From contig NC_043007.1 of the NCBI RefSeq assembly GCF_006345805.1, positions 53,940,001 through 54,004,000 on the forward strand: a stretch of 64,000 bases of DNA, in the 5' to 3' direction. This document shows positions 12,444-24,111 of this stretch, piece by piece. The notes beneath the pieces were generated by a model. It was not told the DNA's origin. It saw only the letters and a list, made by a program, of their open reading frames with translations, and made no database searches. The position numbers and the translations under genes were made by a program. Within the stretch, counting starts at the first letter, position 1. Every line of letters begins with the position of its first letter. This stretch comes from Octopus sinensis. Lineage: Eukaryota.

Positions 12444-12930
12444 TACATTTTCAGTTCTGTTATGATGTGGTCTGAGAAAATTGTTGGTGATATCTTCTCA
12501 TTGTGGATAAGTTCCACATTGTTGGTGAAGCAGAGGTCTAAGATGTTTTTGTTTCTGGTTGGAGAGAGAATGGTTTGCTTCATGAACATCATTTTCATGA
12601 GATCAGCCAGAGATTCTGCTTGATTGCACTCTTTGTGTATGTCATTCTCGAGATTATGTCACCTTCTGACCATCTGATGTTCAGGAAGTTGAAGTCACTC
12701 ATCAGAAGTACATTAATGCATTGATCTGGTATTTCTCTTATATATAAAGCTTTCCTCAAATTTACCATCATGATTTGAGGCATTGGGTGGGTGATATAAT
12801 GTGCTTATTACCAAATCAAGTTGCTTTAAGTGCCCTATGTGTGTGTCACAGACCAGGTTCAAATGTGACAATAGGTTTAGTGGTGTGACATCCTCACAGA
12901 TGTACAATACCAGGCCATAACAGCGGAATT
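12440..12930 (-). mobile_element. CR1-clade LINE fragment (APE endonuclease), right of piggyBac insertion
   Basis: Minus-strand YICEDVTP..LYHPPNAS, SDFNFLNIRWS and ILDLCFTNN..SDH motifs, as in the CR1 at 63773-63994. Confidence 0.75.
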
Positions 12931-13167
12931 TAATACTTATTTCTTTACTACCCACAAGGGACTAAACACAGAGAGGACAAACAAGGACAGACAAATGGAT
13001 TAAGTCGATTACATCGACCCAGTGCGTAACTGGTACTTAATTTATCGACCCCGAAAGGATGAAAGGCAAAGTCAACATCGGCGGAATTTGAACCCAGAAC
13101 GTAGCGGCGGACGAAATACTGCAAAGCATTTCGCCCGGCGTGCTAATGATTCTGCCAGCTCACTGCC
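12931..13167 (-). mobile_element. tRNA-derived SINE (second family)
   Basis: Minus-strand head GGCAGTGAGCTGGCAGAATC (A-box-like), GGGTTCAAATTCC (B-box-like), and body GACTTTGCCTTTCATCCTTTCGGGGTCGATAAA. Confidence 0.8.
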
Positions 13168-13199
13168 TTAATTTAATACTGGAAGCCCCTTGCCCTCAT

Positions 13200-14200
13200 G
13201 GCAGAATCTGTGTAACAGAACTAGAAAAAGAATTCCAAGTTTGGAAACAGAACCTGGAACCAAGGTTAATTTAGCAAAAACTAAAGTAAGCAAGAAATCG
13301 GACAGGACCCTTCACTCTTCTGGTAAATGGCCCTGTTCAATATGTAGGGAAGGTGTAGGTAGAAATTCCATTCAGTGTAGCCAGTGCAAGCTATGGACAC
13401 ACAAGAGGTGCAGTGGAATAGTAGGAAGACGTACAGGAGCCATAAAGACCACGGATACACAGGAAACTGATTTCCTCAAATGTGCCAGTGGATATTGGGA
13501 AGTTGTAGTTAGTTTCTGCTACTTAGGGGACCTAATTAACAGTGGAGGAAGTTGTACAGAAAATGTAATTGCTACAATAAGATTCTCTCTGAGTGAAAAG
13601 AAAATTGTATGATGCATGTATGCAAACTGCAATGCTACATGTTAGTGAGACATAGGCCCTGGATTCAGAGGGCAGACAAAAACTAGAACAACAAAGCTGA
13701 TATACTCCTTGGGTGTGCAATGTGCAGTGTACATGAGTGACAGAGCATAAGAGGCATAGTTGGGCATAAGAGGAATTATATGCAGTGTGCTAGTTTGGTC
13801 ATGTGATACAGCTGGATAAGGACAGTTGCATAAAGTGCTGATCACTTGAAGTTGAGGGAAGTTGTAGAAGAGGGAGACCCAGGAAGACATGGGGCAAAGT
13901 GCTGAAGGCTGTTCTCAAAAAGCTGAGTCTTATGAAGGAGATGACAAAGGACTAAGATATGTGGCACATTGCTGTACTCAAGAAGACCCACCCACCACAA
14001 CGGAATTGTCATCCTGAAACCAAGGTGTAATAAAAAGCATTGGTGTAGGTGGAGTTAGGAAGGGCATCCAGATGTAGAAACAAACCAAAACAGACAATGG
14101 AACCTGGTGCAGTTCCTGGTCTTACCAGTTGCTGTCAAGCTGTCCAACCCATATCAGTATGGAAAATGGACATTAAATGATAATGATAATGATGATGATG
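13200..14200 (+). mobile_element. Old RTE LINE 3' fragment with tail
   Basis: KVNLAKTKV, WPCSICREGVGRNSIQCSQCKLWTHKRC, SFCYLGD, degenerate C-terminus and GGAAGGGCATCCAG..(GAT)n tail. Confidence 0.8.
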
Positions 14201-14218
14201 ATATATATATATATATAT

Positions 14219-15017
14219 TTAGGGTGCAATGGGTAAGTTATCACCAGTTTATATTTTCAATTTTGCACATGTGCATTGTTTCTGATTTTGTTGACTACAC
14301 AGTATAGTAGGGTCAGTTGCCATCTGTGACAAAATTCACTCTGTCAGAAATTTGGAAACAATATGCTGTACTGTTTGGCAGTCATGCCGAAAGTTCCAAT
14401 GTGAACATTTCAGAGTATTTGAGTGTCAATCTGAGGACAGTGCATGTACCAAGAGTGATAAAAAATCAAACATCCAGTCAACATCATGGTGTTTGGAGTG
14501 ATCACTAGTGATAGCGATGTTATGCATCTATTTATCTTCCCACATGGCCTCAGATTCAACACAGAAGCCTACATCAAGTGCCCGGAGGAGGTAGTGCTGT
14601 CCTGGGTGAAGTGGGTGGCTGCTGGAAGACCCTATGTTTGGCAACAGGACTCTGCACCATGCCACACAAGCAGGAGAACCCAGTCATGGCTGTCAGACAA
14701 TTTCTGCAACCACATCACTCCTAACATCTATCTACCTAACACCCCAGGCTGCAACCATCTTCATTATTGTATGTGGGGCATAATTGAGGGAGAGACCAAC
14801 AAAACTCCTTGTAACACCAAAGATGAACTGAAGGTAAGGATTATGGCAGCATTCACCAGGAGACTGTGGTTGAAGTCAGTAGTGATTTTACTGAATAAAT
14901 TTACTCTTTTGTATTTCAAGATATTTTTATGTAATTTTGGTAAATATATCTGTTAAAATGAGATGGTGTTATTTTCATTTTTGTGTAATTTAGGCAGTTT
15001 ATTCACTGCACCTTGTA
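14219..15017 (+). mobile_element. Tc1/mariner-superfamily transposon, DD37D (maT-like), internally deleted
   Basis: ORF 14486-14956: WQQDSAPCHTS followed 37 residues later by the degenerate third-D position (NHLH for NPLD). Degenerate TIRs AGGGTGCAATGG../..CACTGCACCTTG flanked by TA. Confidence 0.8.
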
Positions 15018-16771
15018 TATATATGTGTGTGTGTGTGTGTATGTTTGTTTGTTTCACCTAGAAAGTTACCCTCCGAGGTACAAGTTCGTGCAAGGTTGTT
15101 TATTGAAGGCCAGAAGTCGCCCATGCATACCAGATTTCCCTCTCCACACCACTGATGTTGTTCAAGGGAAAGGCAAAGGCCGATACAGCATGGCACCAGT
15201 GATGTCGCGACTCATTTCTACAGCTGAGTGAACTGGAGCAACGTGAAATAAAGTGTCTTGCTCAAGAACACAACACGCAGCCCGGTCCAGAAATCGAACT
15301 CACAACCTCCTGATTGTAAGCTTGACGCTCTAATCACTGAGCAATGCACCTTTGACCTATGTTATGGTCAGGTCACTTTCGAGTGCTACTGGTAACATGT
15401 AACCCAGTACAACCTGTTGCATGGTTGGGTCGTTGGCGACTAAACTGGCAACCCCACCAAGCTTGCTTGGTGAGGAGGGTGTTTATTGGACACCCTGCGG
15501 GATGAAAAACAAATCCTGTCAAAGGGCGGAGGAACTCTTGAGAGTCAACGGCCATCCAATAAATGTCTTAAGGCTGTATCATAAAAATATCTTGAAATAC
15601 AAAACAGTAAATTTTTATCACTCTTGGACAGTGCATGTACCAAGAGTGATAAAAAATCAAACATCCAGTCAACATCATGGTGTTTGGAGTGATCACTAGT
15701 GATAGCGATGTTATGCATCTATTTATCTTCCCACATGGCCTCAGATTCAACACAGAAGCCTACATCAAGTGCCCGGAGGAGGTAGTGCTGTCCTGGGTGA
15801 AGTGGGTGGCTGCTGGAAGACCCTATGTTTGGCAACAGGACTCTGCACCATGCCACACAAGCAGGAGAACCCAGTCATGGCTGTCAGACAATTTCTGCAA
15901 CCACATCACTCCTAACATCTATCTACCTAACACCCCAGGCTGCAACCATCTTCATTATTGTATGTGGGGCATAATTGAGGGAGAGACCAACAAAACTCCT
16001 TGTAACACCAAAGATGAACTGAAGGTAAGGATTATGGCAGCATTCACCAGGAGACTGTGGTTGAAGTCAGTAGTGATTTTACTGAATAAATTTACTCTTT
16101 TGTATTTCAAGATATTTTTATGTAATTTTGGTAAATATATCTGTTAAAATGAGATGGTGTTATTTTCATTTTTGTGTAATTTAGGCAGTTTATTCACTGC
16201 ACCTTGTATATATGTGTGTGTGTGTGTGTATGTTTGTTTGTTTCACCTAGAAAGTTACCCTCCGAGGTACAAGTTCGTGCAAGGTTGTTTATTGAAGGCC
16301 AGAAGTCGCCCATGCATACCAGATTTCCCTCTCCACACCACTGATGTTGTTCAAGGGAAAGGCAAAGGCCGATACAGCATGGCACCAGTGATGTCGCGAC
16401 TCATTTCTACAGCTGAGTGAACTGGAGCAACGTGAAATAAAGTGTCTTGCTCAAGAACACAACAGGCAGCCCGGTCCAGAAATCGAACTCACAACCTCCT
16501 GATTGTAAGCTTGACGCTCTAATCACTGAGCAATGCACCTTTGACCTATGTTATGGTCAGGTCACTTTCGAGTGCTACTGGTAACATGTAACCCAGTACA
16601 ACCTGTTGCATGGTTGGGTCGTTGGCGACTAAACTGGCAACCCCACCAAGCTTGCTTGGTGAGGAGGGTGTTTATTGGACACCCTGCGGGATGAAAAACA
16701 AATCCTGTCAAAGGGCGGAGGAACTCTTGAGAGTCAACGGCCATCCAATAAATGTCTTAAGGCTGTATCAT
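14435..16771. repeat. Near-identical direct tandem duplication (14435-15582 and 15626-16771)
   Basis: The track gives an identical 156-aa ORF at 14486 and 15677 (offset 1191) and identical ORFs at 15373/16562. A 43-bp non-duplicated junction lies at 15583-15625. Confidence 0.95.
15055..15350 (-). mobile_element. tRNA-derived SINE (third family); duplicated at 16244-16539
   Basis: Minus-strand head TTGCTCAGTGATTAGAGC..GTGAGTTCGATTTC and body GTGTTCTTGAGCAAGACACTTTATTTCACGTTGCTCCAGTTCACTCAGCTG. Confidence 0.8.
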
Positions 16772-17049
16772 GTGCGGGCACATAGAAATAATCGGACTGA
16801 ATACTCGATCGCGCGGTTAAACCATTGGGAGTGAAGGACTCCTAGCCTTTGTTAGGGCATCCTTCTAAGAGAAGGTAACTCAGGTAACTGGGATAACTCC
16901 GACATAAAACCTGCAGCTCAGTGGTTACCGATGATGTTGACTTGTTCTTCTTTTCGGATTATGGCTGCTGTTGCTTAGTGAGTGGGATCGACTCAGTGCA
17001 CAGCGCACAGCCTTTCCTCACTTTAAAAAAAATCTTCTTGCACAGGCTT

Positions 17050-18490
17050 TGATAGAAACAATTACAGAGATATCAAACTGTTAGACCAGGTCATGAAAGT
17101 TACTGAGAGGGTTATAGCTCAATTGATTAGGAAATAGAATTTAACTAGATGAGATGCAGTTTGGTTTTGTACCTGGGAGGAGTACCACAGATGCCATCTT
17201 CCTAGTGAGACAGCTGCAGGAAAAGTATTTGGCCAAAAATAAGCCATTGTATTTAGTTTTCATCAACCTAGAGAAAGCTTTTAACTGCGTCCCCAACCCT
17301 GTTATGTGGTGATCTCTAAGGAAGTTAGGGACAGAGGAGTAGCTTGTTAGAGCTATACAAACCATGTACAGTGGTGCTGTAAGGTGAGATTCACCACAAA
17401 TACAGTGATGAATTTAGCGTAGAAGTTGGGGTTCACCAAGGTTCAGTTCTCAGCTCACTCTTATTAATATCATCCTCCAAGCCATAACAGGGGAATTCTA
17501 AAATGGATACCTATGGGAATTATTGTATGCTGATGAGCTCACTCTTATTGCAGAATCTGAAACAGTTGGAAAAGAAATTCCAGCTATGGAAGCAAAACCT
17601 GGAATCAAAGGGCCTTAAAGTTAACCTAGCAAAGACCAAAGTTGTTAACTAGAAAGAAGATAAGACTTTCCGTCAGGTATGTGGCCCTGTGCAATATGTA
17701 GGAAAGGAGTTGGAAGTAATTCCATTTGCTGCACCCAGTGTAAGCTATGAACACATAAGAGGTGCAGTGGAAACACAAGTAGATTAATGGATATAGTTGT
17801 CTTTGTATAAGGCAGATGTGTAGGAACAATAAGCACGAAGAGCACATGGGACTTAGCCTCTCTCAAATACCCAGGAGGTTCTTTTGAGGTTGTAGATAGT
17901 TTCTGTTACATAGGTGACCAAATTAATAATGGATCAAATTAGCAATGGTGAAGGATGCTCTGAAAGTATTGTTTCCAGAATAAAAGTAGGATGGAGGAAG
18001 TTCAGAGAGTTGCCAACCTCTGTTGGCAACAAAAAGACTTTCTCTCAGAGTGAAGGGTAGATTATATGATGCTTGTGTATGAATAGCTATACTCCATGGT
18101 AGTGAAACATGGGCTCTGAATGCAGAAAACATGCATAGACTGTAGAGAAATGAAGGCAGTATGCCTCATTGGATGTGCAACATCAGTGTGCATGTACGAC
18201 AAAGTGCAAATGTGTTGAGAGAAAAGTTGGGCATAAGTGAAATCAAATGCAGCATGTAAAAGAGCGGACTATGTTGGTTTGGACATCTGGTGCATATGTA
18301 TGAAGACAGCTGCATAAAGAAGTACCGATCACTGAAAGTGGATGGTACCTGTGGAAGAGGGAGACCCAAAAAGACATGGGATGAAGTGGTGAGGACTGAT
18401 CTCAGGATGTTGGATCTCACAGGAGAAATGGCAATGGACTGAACTGTCTAATGACATGAGGTTCTTGAGAAGATCCACCCATGTCAGTGC
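17050..18490 (+). mobile_element. Old degenerate RTE LINE (RT, PHD, C-terminus)
   Basis: Recognisable QFGFVPGRSTTDAIFLVRQLQEKYL, HQGSVLS, LLYADE and WPCAICRKGVGSNSICCTQCKLxTHKRC, with many stops and frameshifts. Confidence 0.8.
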
Positions 18491-19419
18491 ACTGAGTTCT
18501 AGAAGTGCTGTGGGTTCCACAAGTGTTTGTGTTCCACCCATATGTAACAAGAAGAATTTTCACACACCCTGCTCCAACAAACCAAACTATATCTCTTCTT
18601 TCACACACACCATGCTTACCTCTCATTCTCCAATCTTGTCCTCGTGGCCCTGTTTACTTTATCATTGCTATCCAGTAGACATCCACCCCATCTATACACC
18701 CAGGTTTTCACCACTCAGTGCATCCTCCCCCACTCTCTACTCATGCTTTCTTGGCAATATCCTGCCACTTATATTATTATCTCCATACCTCAAGGTTATG
18801 CCCTGGCACTTGCTACCATCTCTCTCTTCTTTTATTCATATTCTGAGTCCTGTCACTTGTGGGTATGCCCAGCACTCTGCCACCATCTCTCTCCTGCTCT
18901 CATGCTGTCTCCCACTATCTCCTTCTGCTCTTTCCTCAAGCTGAGTAACATCTATCTCCTTTACAGCAACACACTTGTTTCTGTCCTCATTCCTGATTAG
19001 TTTCTGCCTCTCTGTCTCACTACAGCCTTACATCATTTGACACAAGACCGCCTCCTCCCCTCTCAAAGGATCTTTGTCTTGTAAGTTACTTAGTAACCCT
19101 GCCAGTTCTGATTTCACATAAAAAGCATCAGTCCACACTGTAAAGTGGTTGGCTTTTTTTTGGAAGGGCATCCAGCTGTAAAAGCCTTGCCAAAGCTGAC
19201 TTCGCCTGTACTTGTGCCATGCAAAAAGTACTCGGTCCACTCTGCTGGGTGGTTGGCTTTAGGAAGGGTATCCAACCATAAAAACCCTGCCAAATCAGAC
19301 ACAGAAGTCTGGTGCAGGCTCCTGCCTGACCAGCTCCTGTCAGACCATCCCACCCGTGCCAGCATGGATGGCAGATGTTCAATGATGAATATGATGTGTG
19401 TATGTGTGCATTGCAAACT

Positions 19420-21870
19420 GATAGAAAAGATGGGAACCATGGTGGTGATGCAATATACATCTGTGAAGACCTCACACCACAGATCCTTTTGTCATACTCA
19501 AACTCAGTGTGCATCATGCTAATTGTACATATGACAGATCGTTATCATTATATATATTATTTATTGCTCCAAATCACACAGGCATATTTGAAAGCTGCCT
19601 TACTAAAATAGAAGTTCTAATCAGTGTACTTCTCATAGTCTTCAACCTACCCAATGTGCAATGGTCCAAGGGCTTTTTCCTCCCAAGAATGTTGTAGTGC
19701 TGACAAAAACAGGTGGAATCCTTGCTCAGCCTCACCAGCACATTGTACGTGGAGCATGTAGTACTCCTACCACCCAGGGCAAATATTATACTTGATATCT
19801 GCTTCATAAACAATTTGGATTTTATCCATAATGTGAAAGTGACACTGATGCTAATCTCAGATGAGCTGACCATGTATAGACCAAAGGAATCCGCAGACAT
19901 GCAGCCTATGGAAATCAATCCAATCAGCAGTTCTATAAAGTAAACTGGGAACTGATTGAGATAGAGAGCTTCAAACAGGATTGACTTCAATGTCTCTCTG
20001 CACTGGATATTGACATAAAACTTAAAGAATTCATGTCCATAATGCAAGCCATATGCTACAAGTTTGTCCAGGAGAGATTGGCCACTACATAAGAACAAAA
20101 TTTCCAAGAAGAGGTAATTTCTAATGAGATGGCATGCAAAGATTGCTAACTTTCTAAACAGAGAACTCAACGGAAGTAAAAAAAACCTACCTAAAAACAT
20201 TATTTTGAGAAAAATTTGAAATACTCCCATGAAAAAGAGAGAGAACAGACAAAGAAGCCTGAGTTATAGAAAATATAAAATCAAATCCTAAAGCTGCCTT
20301 TAAGTTTGCCAAAGAAACTGTCAAAGCACATTGCCGGGTAGAGTCACCCCTCCAAAAACAATGGCTCCCTCGCAGTAAGCCTAATGAAGATAAGCGAAAC
20401 AACAAATGAACAATTCACCCATCCTTACAGTACATGCAAGTCAGAAAACATGTAGAGTTCTTTACCACTACAAATGTTAAAAGGGAGACAGTAACAATTG
20501 CTTACATTGATATAAAAGATGTAATACTGGCCATAGATAAAATAAACTTGAACTCAATTGCTGGCCCTCTTGGTTTCCCAGCAATCCTTCTAAAATTGTG
20601 CAAGTGAGCCCTAGAAAAACTACTGCAATCTTCCTTCCAGAGTTTCCTTGCAAGTAGCAAGCTTTCAGGCAAGTTGAAGGAAACAATAATATGGCCTATT
20701 CATAAAAGATGCCACAGAGCTGATTTAAAAATCTATAAGCCTATTTTTGGTCATATTATGCAGAGAAAATCCCTGGAGAAGGACATCATGCTCGGAATGG
20801 TCAGTGGCAAGAGAGGAAGAGGCTGACCAAGAACCTGCTGGCTTGACACCATCAAGAGTGATACCGGAATGGACATAGCGGCCCAGGATAGAACTGGCTG
20901 GAGGACACTGATCCATCGAGTAACCGAGAGTCGACTTCGACTGAACGGATAGATAGATAGATAGAAGCCGATCTTAAACCTCGCAAAGTCATGGAAAGGT
21001 AGTCTGAAGGAAACTAATCATATTCTTAGAAGAAAATAACTTGATGACTGTCACACAGCATGGTTTCTAATCAGGAAGAAGCCATCTGACACAGCTCTTG
21101 CAACACTATGACTGGGTCTTGAAACAGCAGCTTAACCACTCAGATACTTAGATGTGAATGTGATATATCTTGACTTTCTGAAGGCTTTCTATAAAGTCGA
21201 TCATGGTATTATATGTCACAAATTGTGTGACTTCTGCATGGTTGGTAAACTAGGAGAATGTCTACATGACTTTTTGAAAGATAGAAATCAATTAGTAGTA
21301 ACAACGGGGTCACCTACAAGTAAATGCAAATAATGAGTGGTGACCCACAGGGCTCTGTCTTGGTGCCACTACTATTCATAGTGGCCCTCATCAACACAGA
21401 GCCACCTTCTCAGGCTATGCAGATGACACAAAAGTTTCACAGGTAACTGAAGATGGCATGCACTTGCAACAGGAGTTAAATGCAATTTACAAACGGGGCG
21501 ACAACAATAATATGCAGTTTAATGCTGGAAAGTTCCAAGCCCTACTCTATCAACAGACAAAATTAAATGCAATGCAAACAAAATAAACTGAACCTTGAGC
21601 GATTGCAGTTCCAGAATCACAATCAGTGTGTGACCTGTGTGGATATTACTTAGTTGGCAATGAAATGCAGGCAGCTAAGTGGTTGGATTCTTAGAACTTT
21701 CAGAACAAGAGAGCAAGAAACCACGATGGTCTCTCTGGAAGACATTTGTCTTAAGCTATCTTGACATTGTTCCCAACTATAGTCACCACACAGTGTGAAA
21801 TTAATAGAATTCAAAGTAGTCCGGTGAAGCTATACGACGAAGACAGCTTCAATGCAACAAATTAGCTGCA
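19420..21870 (+). mobile_element. Old degenerate CR1-clade LINE (EN through RT)
   Basis: GGDAIYICED, PTRANIILDICFINN-like, PAILLKLCK, QHGF, YLDFLKAFYKVDHG, PQGSVL and YADDTK remnants. Confidence 0.75.
20750..20964 (+). mobile_element. 3' fragment of a second, BovB-like RTE family nested in the CR1
   Basis: SLEKDIMLGMVSGKRGRG*PRTCWLD..HRVTESRLRLNG* followed by an (ATAG)n tail. Confidence 0.7.
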
Positions 21871-21989
21871 AAATTCAAGAGGCTTAGACTTTACTTTCTG
21901 GAAGAAAAGTAGGAAAGATATATAACCAATATAAATCTGGAAGATCCTGTAAAGAATCAAACTTTGATAGTTGAACCTCACAGATGCAA

Positions 21990-22395
21990 AGTGTTCCTTT
22001 TGAATGTTGGGCCTCATGGAAGTGAGGTGGTGGAGATCCTTTCGAGCAGGCCTCACAGAGGCAAAGTGGCTGAGTTCCTTTTGAGCATTGGGCCCCATGG
22101 AGGCAAAGTGGCCGAGTTCCTTTCAAGTGTTGGGCCTCACAGAGGCAATACCCAAGGCCGTTGGCACTATGTTGTGCTTGAGAAGAAGACCCATCAAGCC
22201 AAGCAAAATCACAGTTGTGGCAGATACTGGTGTGACACAAATGGCATCTGTGCTGGTGGCACGTAAAAGCAGTCATTACACTCTCAGAGTGGTTGATGTT
22301 AGGAAGGGGAGGCAGCCTTCCAGCGTGCCAGCCTTGTCAAACTTTCTAACCCATGCAAGCATGGACAATGGGTGTTAAATGATGATGATGATATA
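21990..22395 (+). mobile_element. Old RTE 3' end with ~40-bp tandem repeats in the 3' UTR
   Basis: Repeats of GGGCCTCACAGAGGCAAAGTGGCTGAGTTCCTTT, then GAGAAGACCC, GGTGGCACGTAAAAGCA, GTTAGGAAGGG and a (GAT)n tail. Confidence 0.6.
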
Positions 22396-24111
22396 TATAT
22401 GCACTCACACACACACACATGACTATCACTATATCTCATATACATATCATCAGTGTTTATGGAAGTGTTTTTTTCAAACTGCAAAAACAATATGACCAGC
22501 CTCATTAATAAATCAAAGTACAGCAGTTGGTCACTTGTTGCTTATGAGCTATGTCATCAAAGTTGAACAGAGCTAAATATTTTGTCTTAGAACCTTTATA
22601 GTGTTGATAGAGCATTGAGCAGCAGTCTTGATGCTGGTGTTTTGATACTCAATGTGAATCATCATCATACAGATAACACTTTTCCAATATCAAGATGGCT
22701 TCTAGTCTTCTATGTCAGCTGACTTTTTCTCAACTACAATTTTAATTTCAATGCTTTCCAACACTGTCAACTGTTCACCAATACACCAAGCTATTCCTGG
22801 AAAAAGGAAACAAGAAAAATTTCAAATTTAAGCCTGAACATCCTATATGTGTGTACATGTATGTGTATACACACATGCATATGTGCGTGCATATGCACAC
22901 ACCTGCATACAAACACACACATTTACATATAAAATGGAATCTTCATCAATCTTGACAGTGAGAGTTTTCAGTTGTTTGACAACTGAGTGACCTCGTCTTT
23001 GAATTGACATGTGAAATGACCACATATTGCACAGATATGTGTACTCTTAACATAATTCTCAATCACAATCAGTATGTGTGAAAGATCATATCTTTGAATT
23101 ACAAGTATAATCTGTGACAGATCTCTAAACAGTTTCTCTGTGTACACAATTTAATTCACAATACTTGGATTAAATTGAGGTCATGACAAATACAATCACT
23201 CATGATGCTACGTAGTGAAATCAAACCTGTTGCAATTCTGGAAAAAATTTTTCTACCATTCACTCCTACATAAATAATATACATTTAAATAAATCATATG
23301 CATATGTACATACCATACCTCTATACAAAATTCCTCACTGACATATATATTTGATATGTATATGATATAGTCTTTTTTCTTTTTACTGGTTTGTCATTAG
23401 ACTAGCAGTCTCAAGAGTATAAATTGATTATATGGACCTCAAGTTGAGCTGAATTGTGCTGATGCTCTGAGCATGTGTGTGTGTATGTGTGTGAGGAAAA
23501 AGGGGATAATATTCAAAGTAATGGAGGAGGTGTATGTTCCTGTCACATATGAGATGTTTAAAGTAAGAGCAATATTTTAATATATGATGGGATGTTCATC
23601 TTGAAGCATGTTCAGAAATACCAAGATATTTAGAAAATTGGGGAGTTTTAATGCTCTACACTATATATGTGCATTCATTTACAGCCAAGTGCAATATATC
23701 CATCCATCTTGTTTGAGAGCAATTCTGATACCCATTTTTTTATGTAATAAAACTTCTGAAATAACTGATGGTGTTCTCTAATACTGCATTCTGTGAGTGT
23801 TTAATTGAAAAAAGTTTTCCAAATTAATGACATGATAATTTAAAATGCTGATAAATGAAAATTGCTGTTGAAGATATTTTATATGAAAATAAGTGATTTA
23901 ATTAGAACCTCTATATTTCACTGTCAGTATTTTATACTCAGAAAATTGAATGCATTTATAAAAATATACATTAGAAAGGAGAAAGTAATTGGTGTTGTGT
24001 CTATAAATTATGTATTTAAACATTTTTTCTTTTTTTAGCAGTATTATGCTACATAACTAAGGAGACACTTTATTTAGTACATTGTTATAATTTTTGTGTT
24101 CTATTTTTCAG

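Noticed and set aside
15356-15470. Twister-like ribozyme or RTE 5' UTR after the SINE
   Set aside because: Only a simple hairpin (TACTGG/CCAGTA) is visible; the twister conserved strands are absent.
22500-23045. Minus-strand exon-intron-exon pattern (GTAAAT donor, TTTTTCCAG acceptor)
   Set aside because: Splicing gives an immediate stop, all downstream frames are closed, and no protein family is recognisable.
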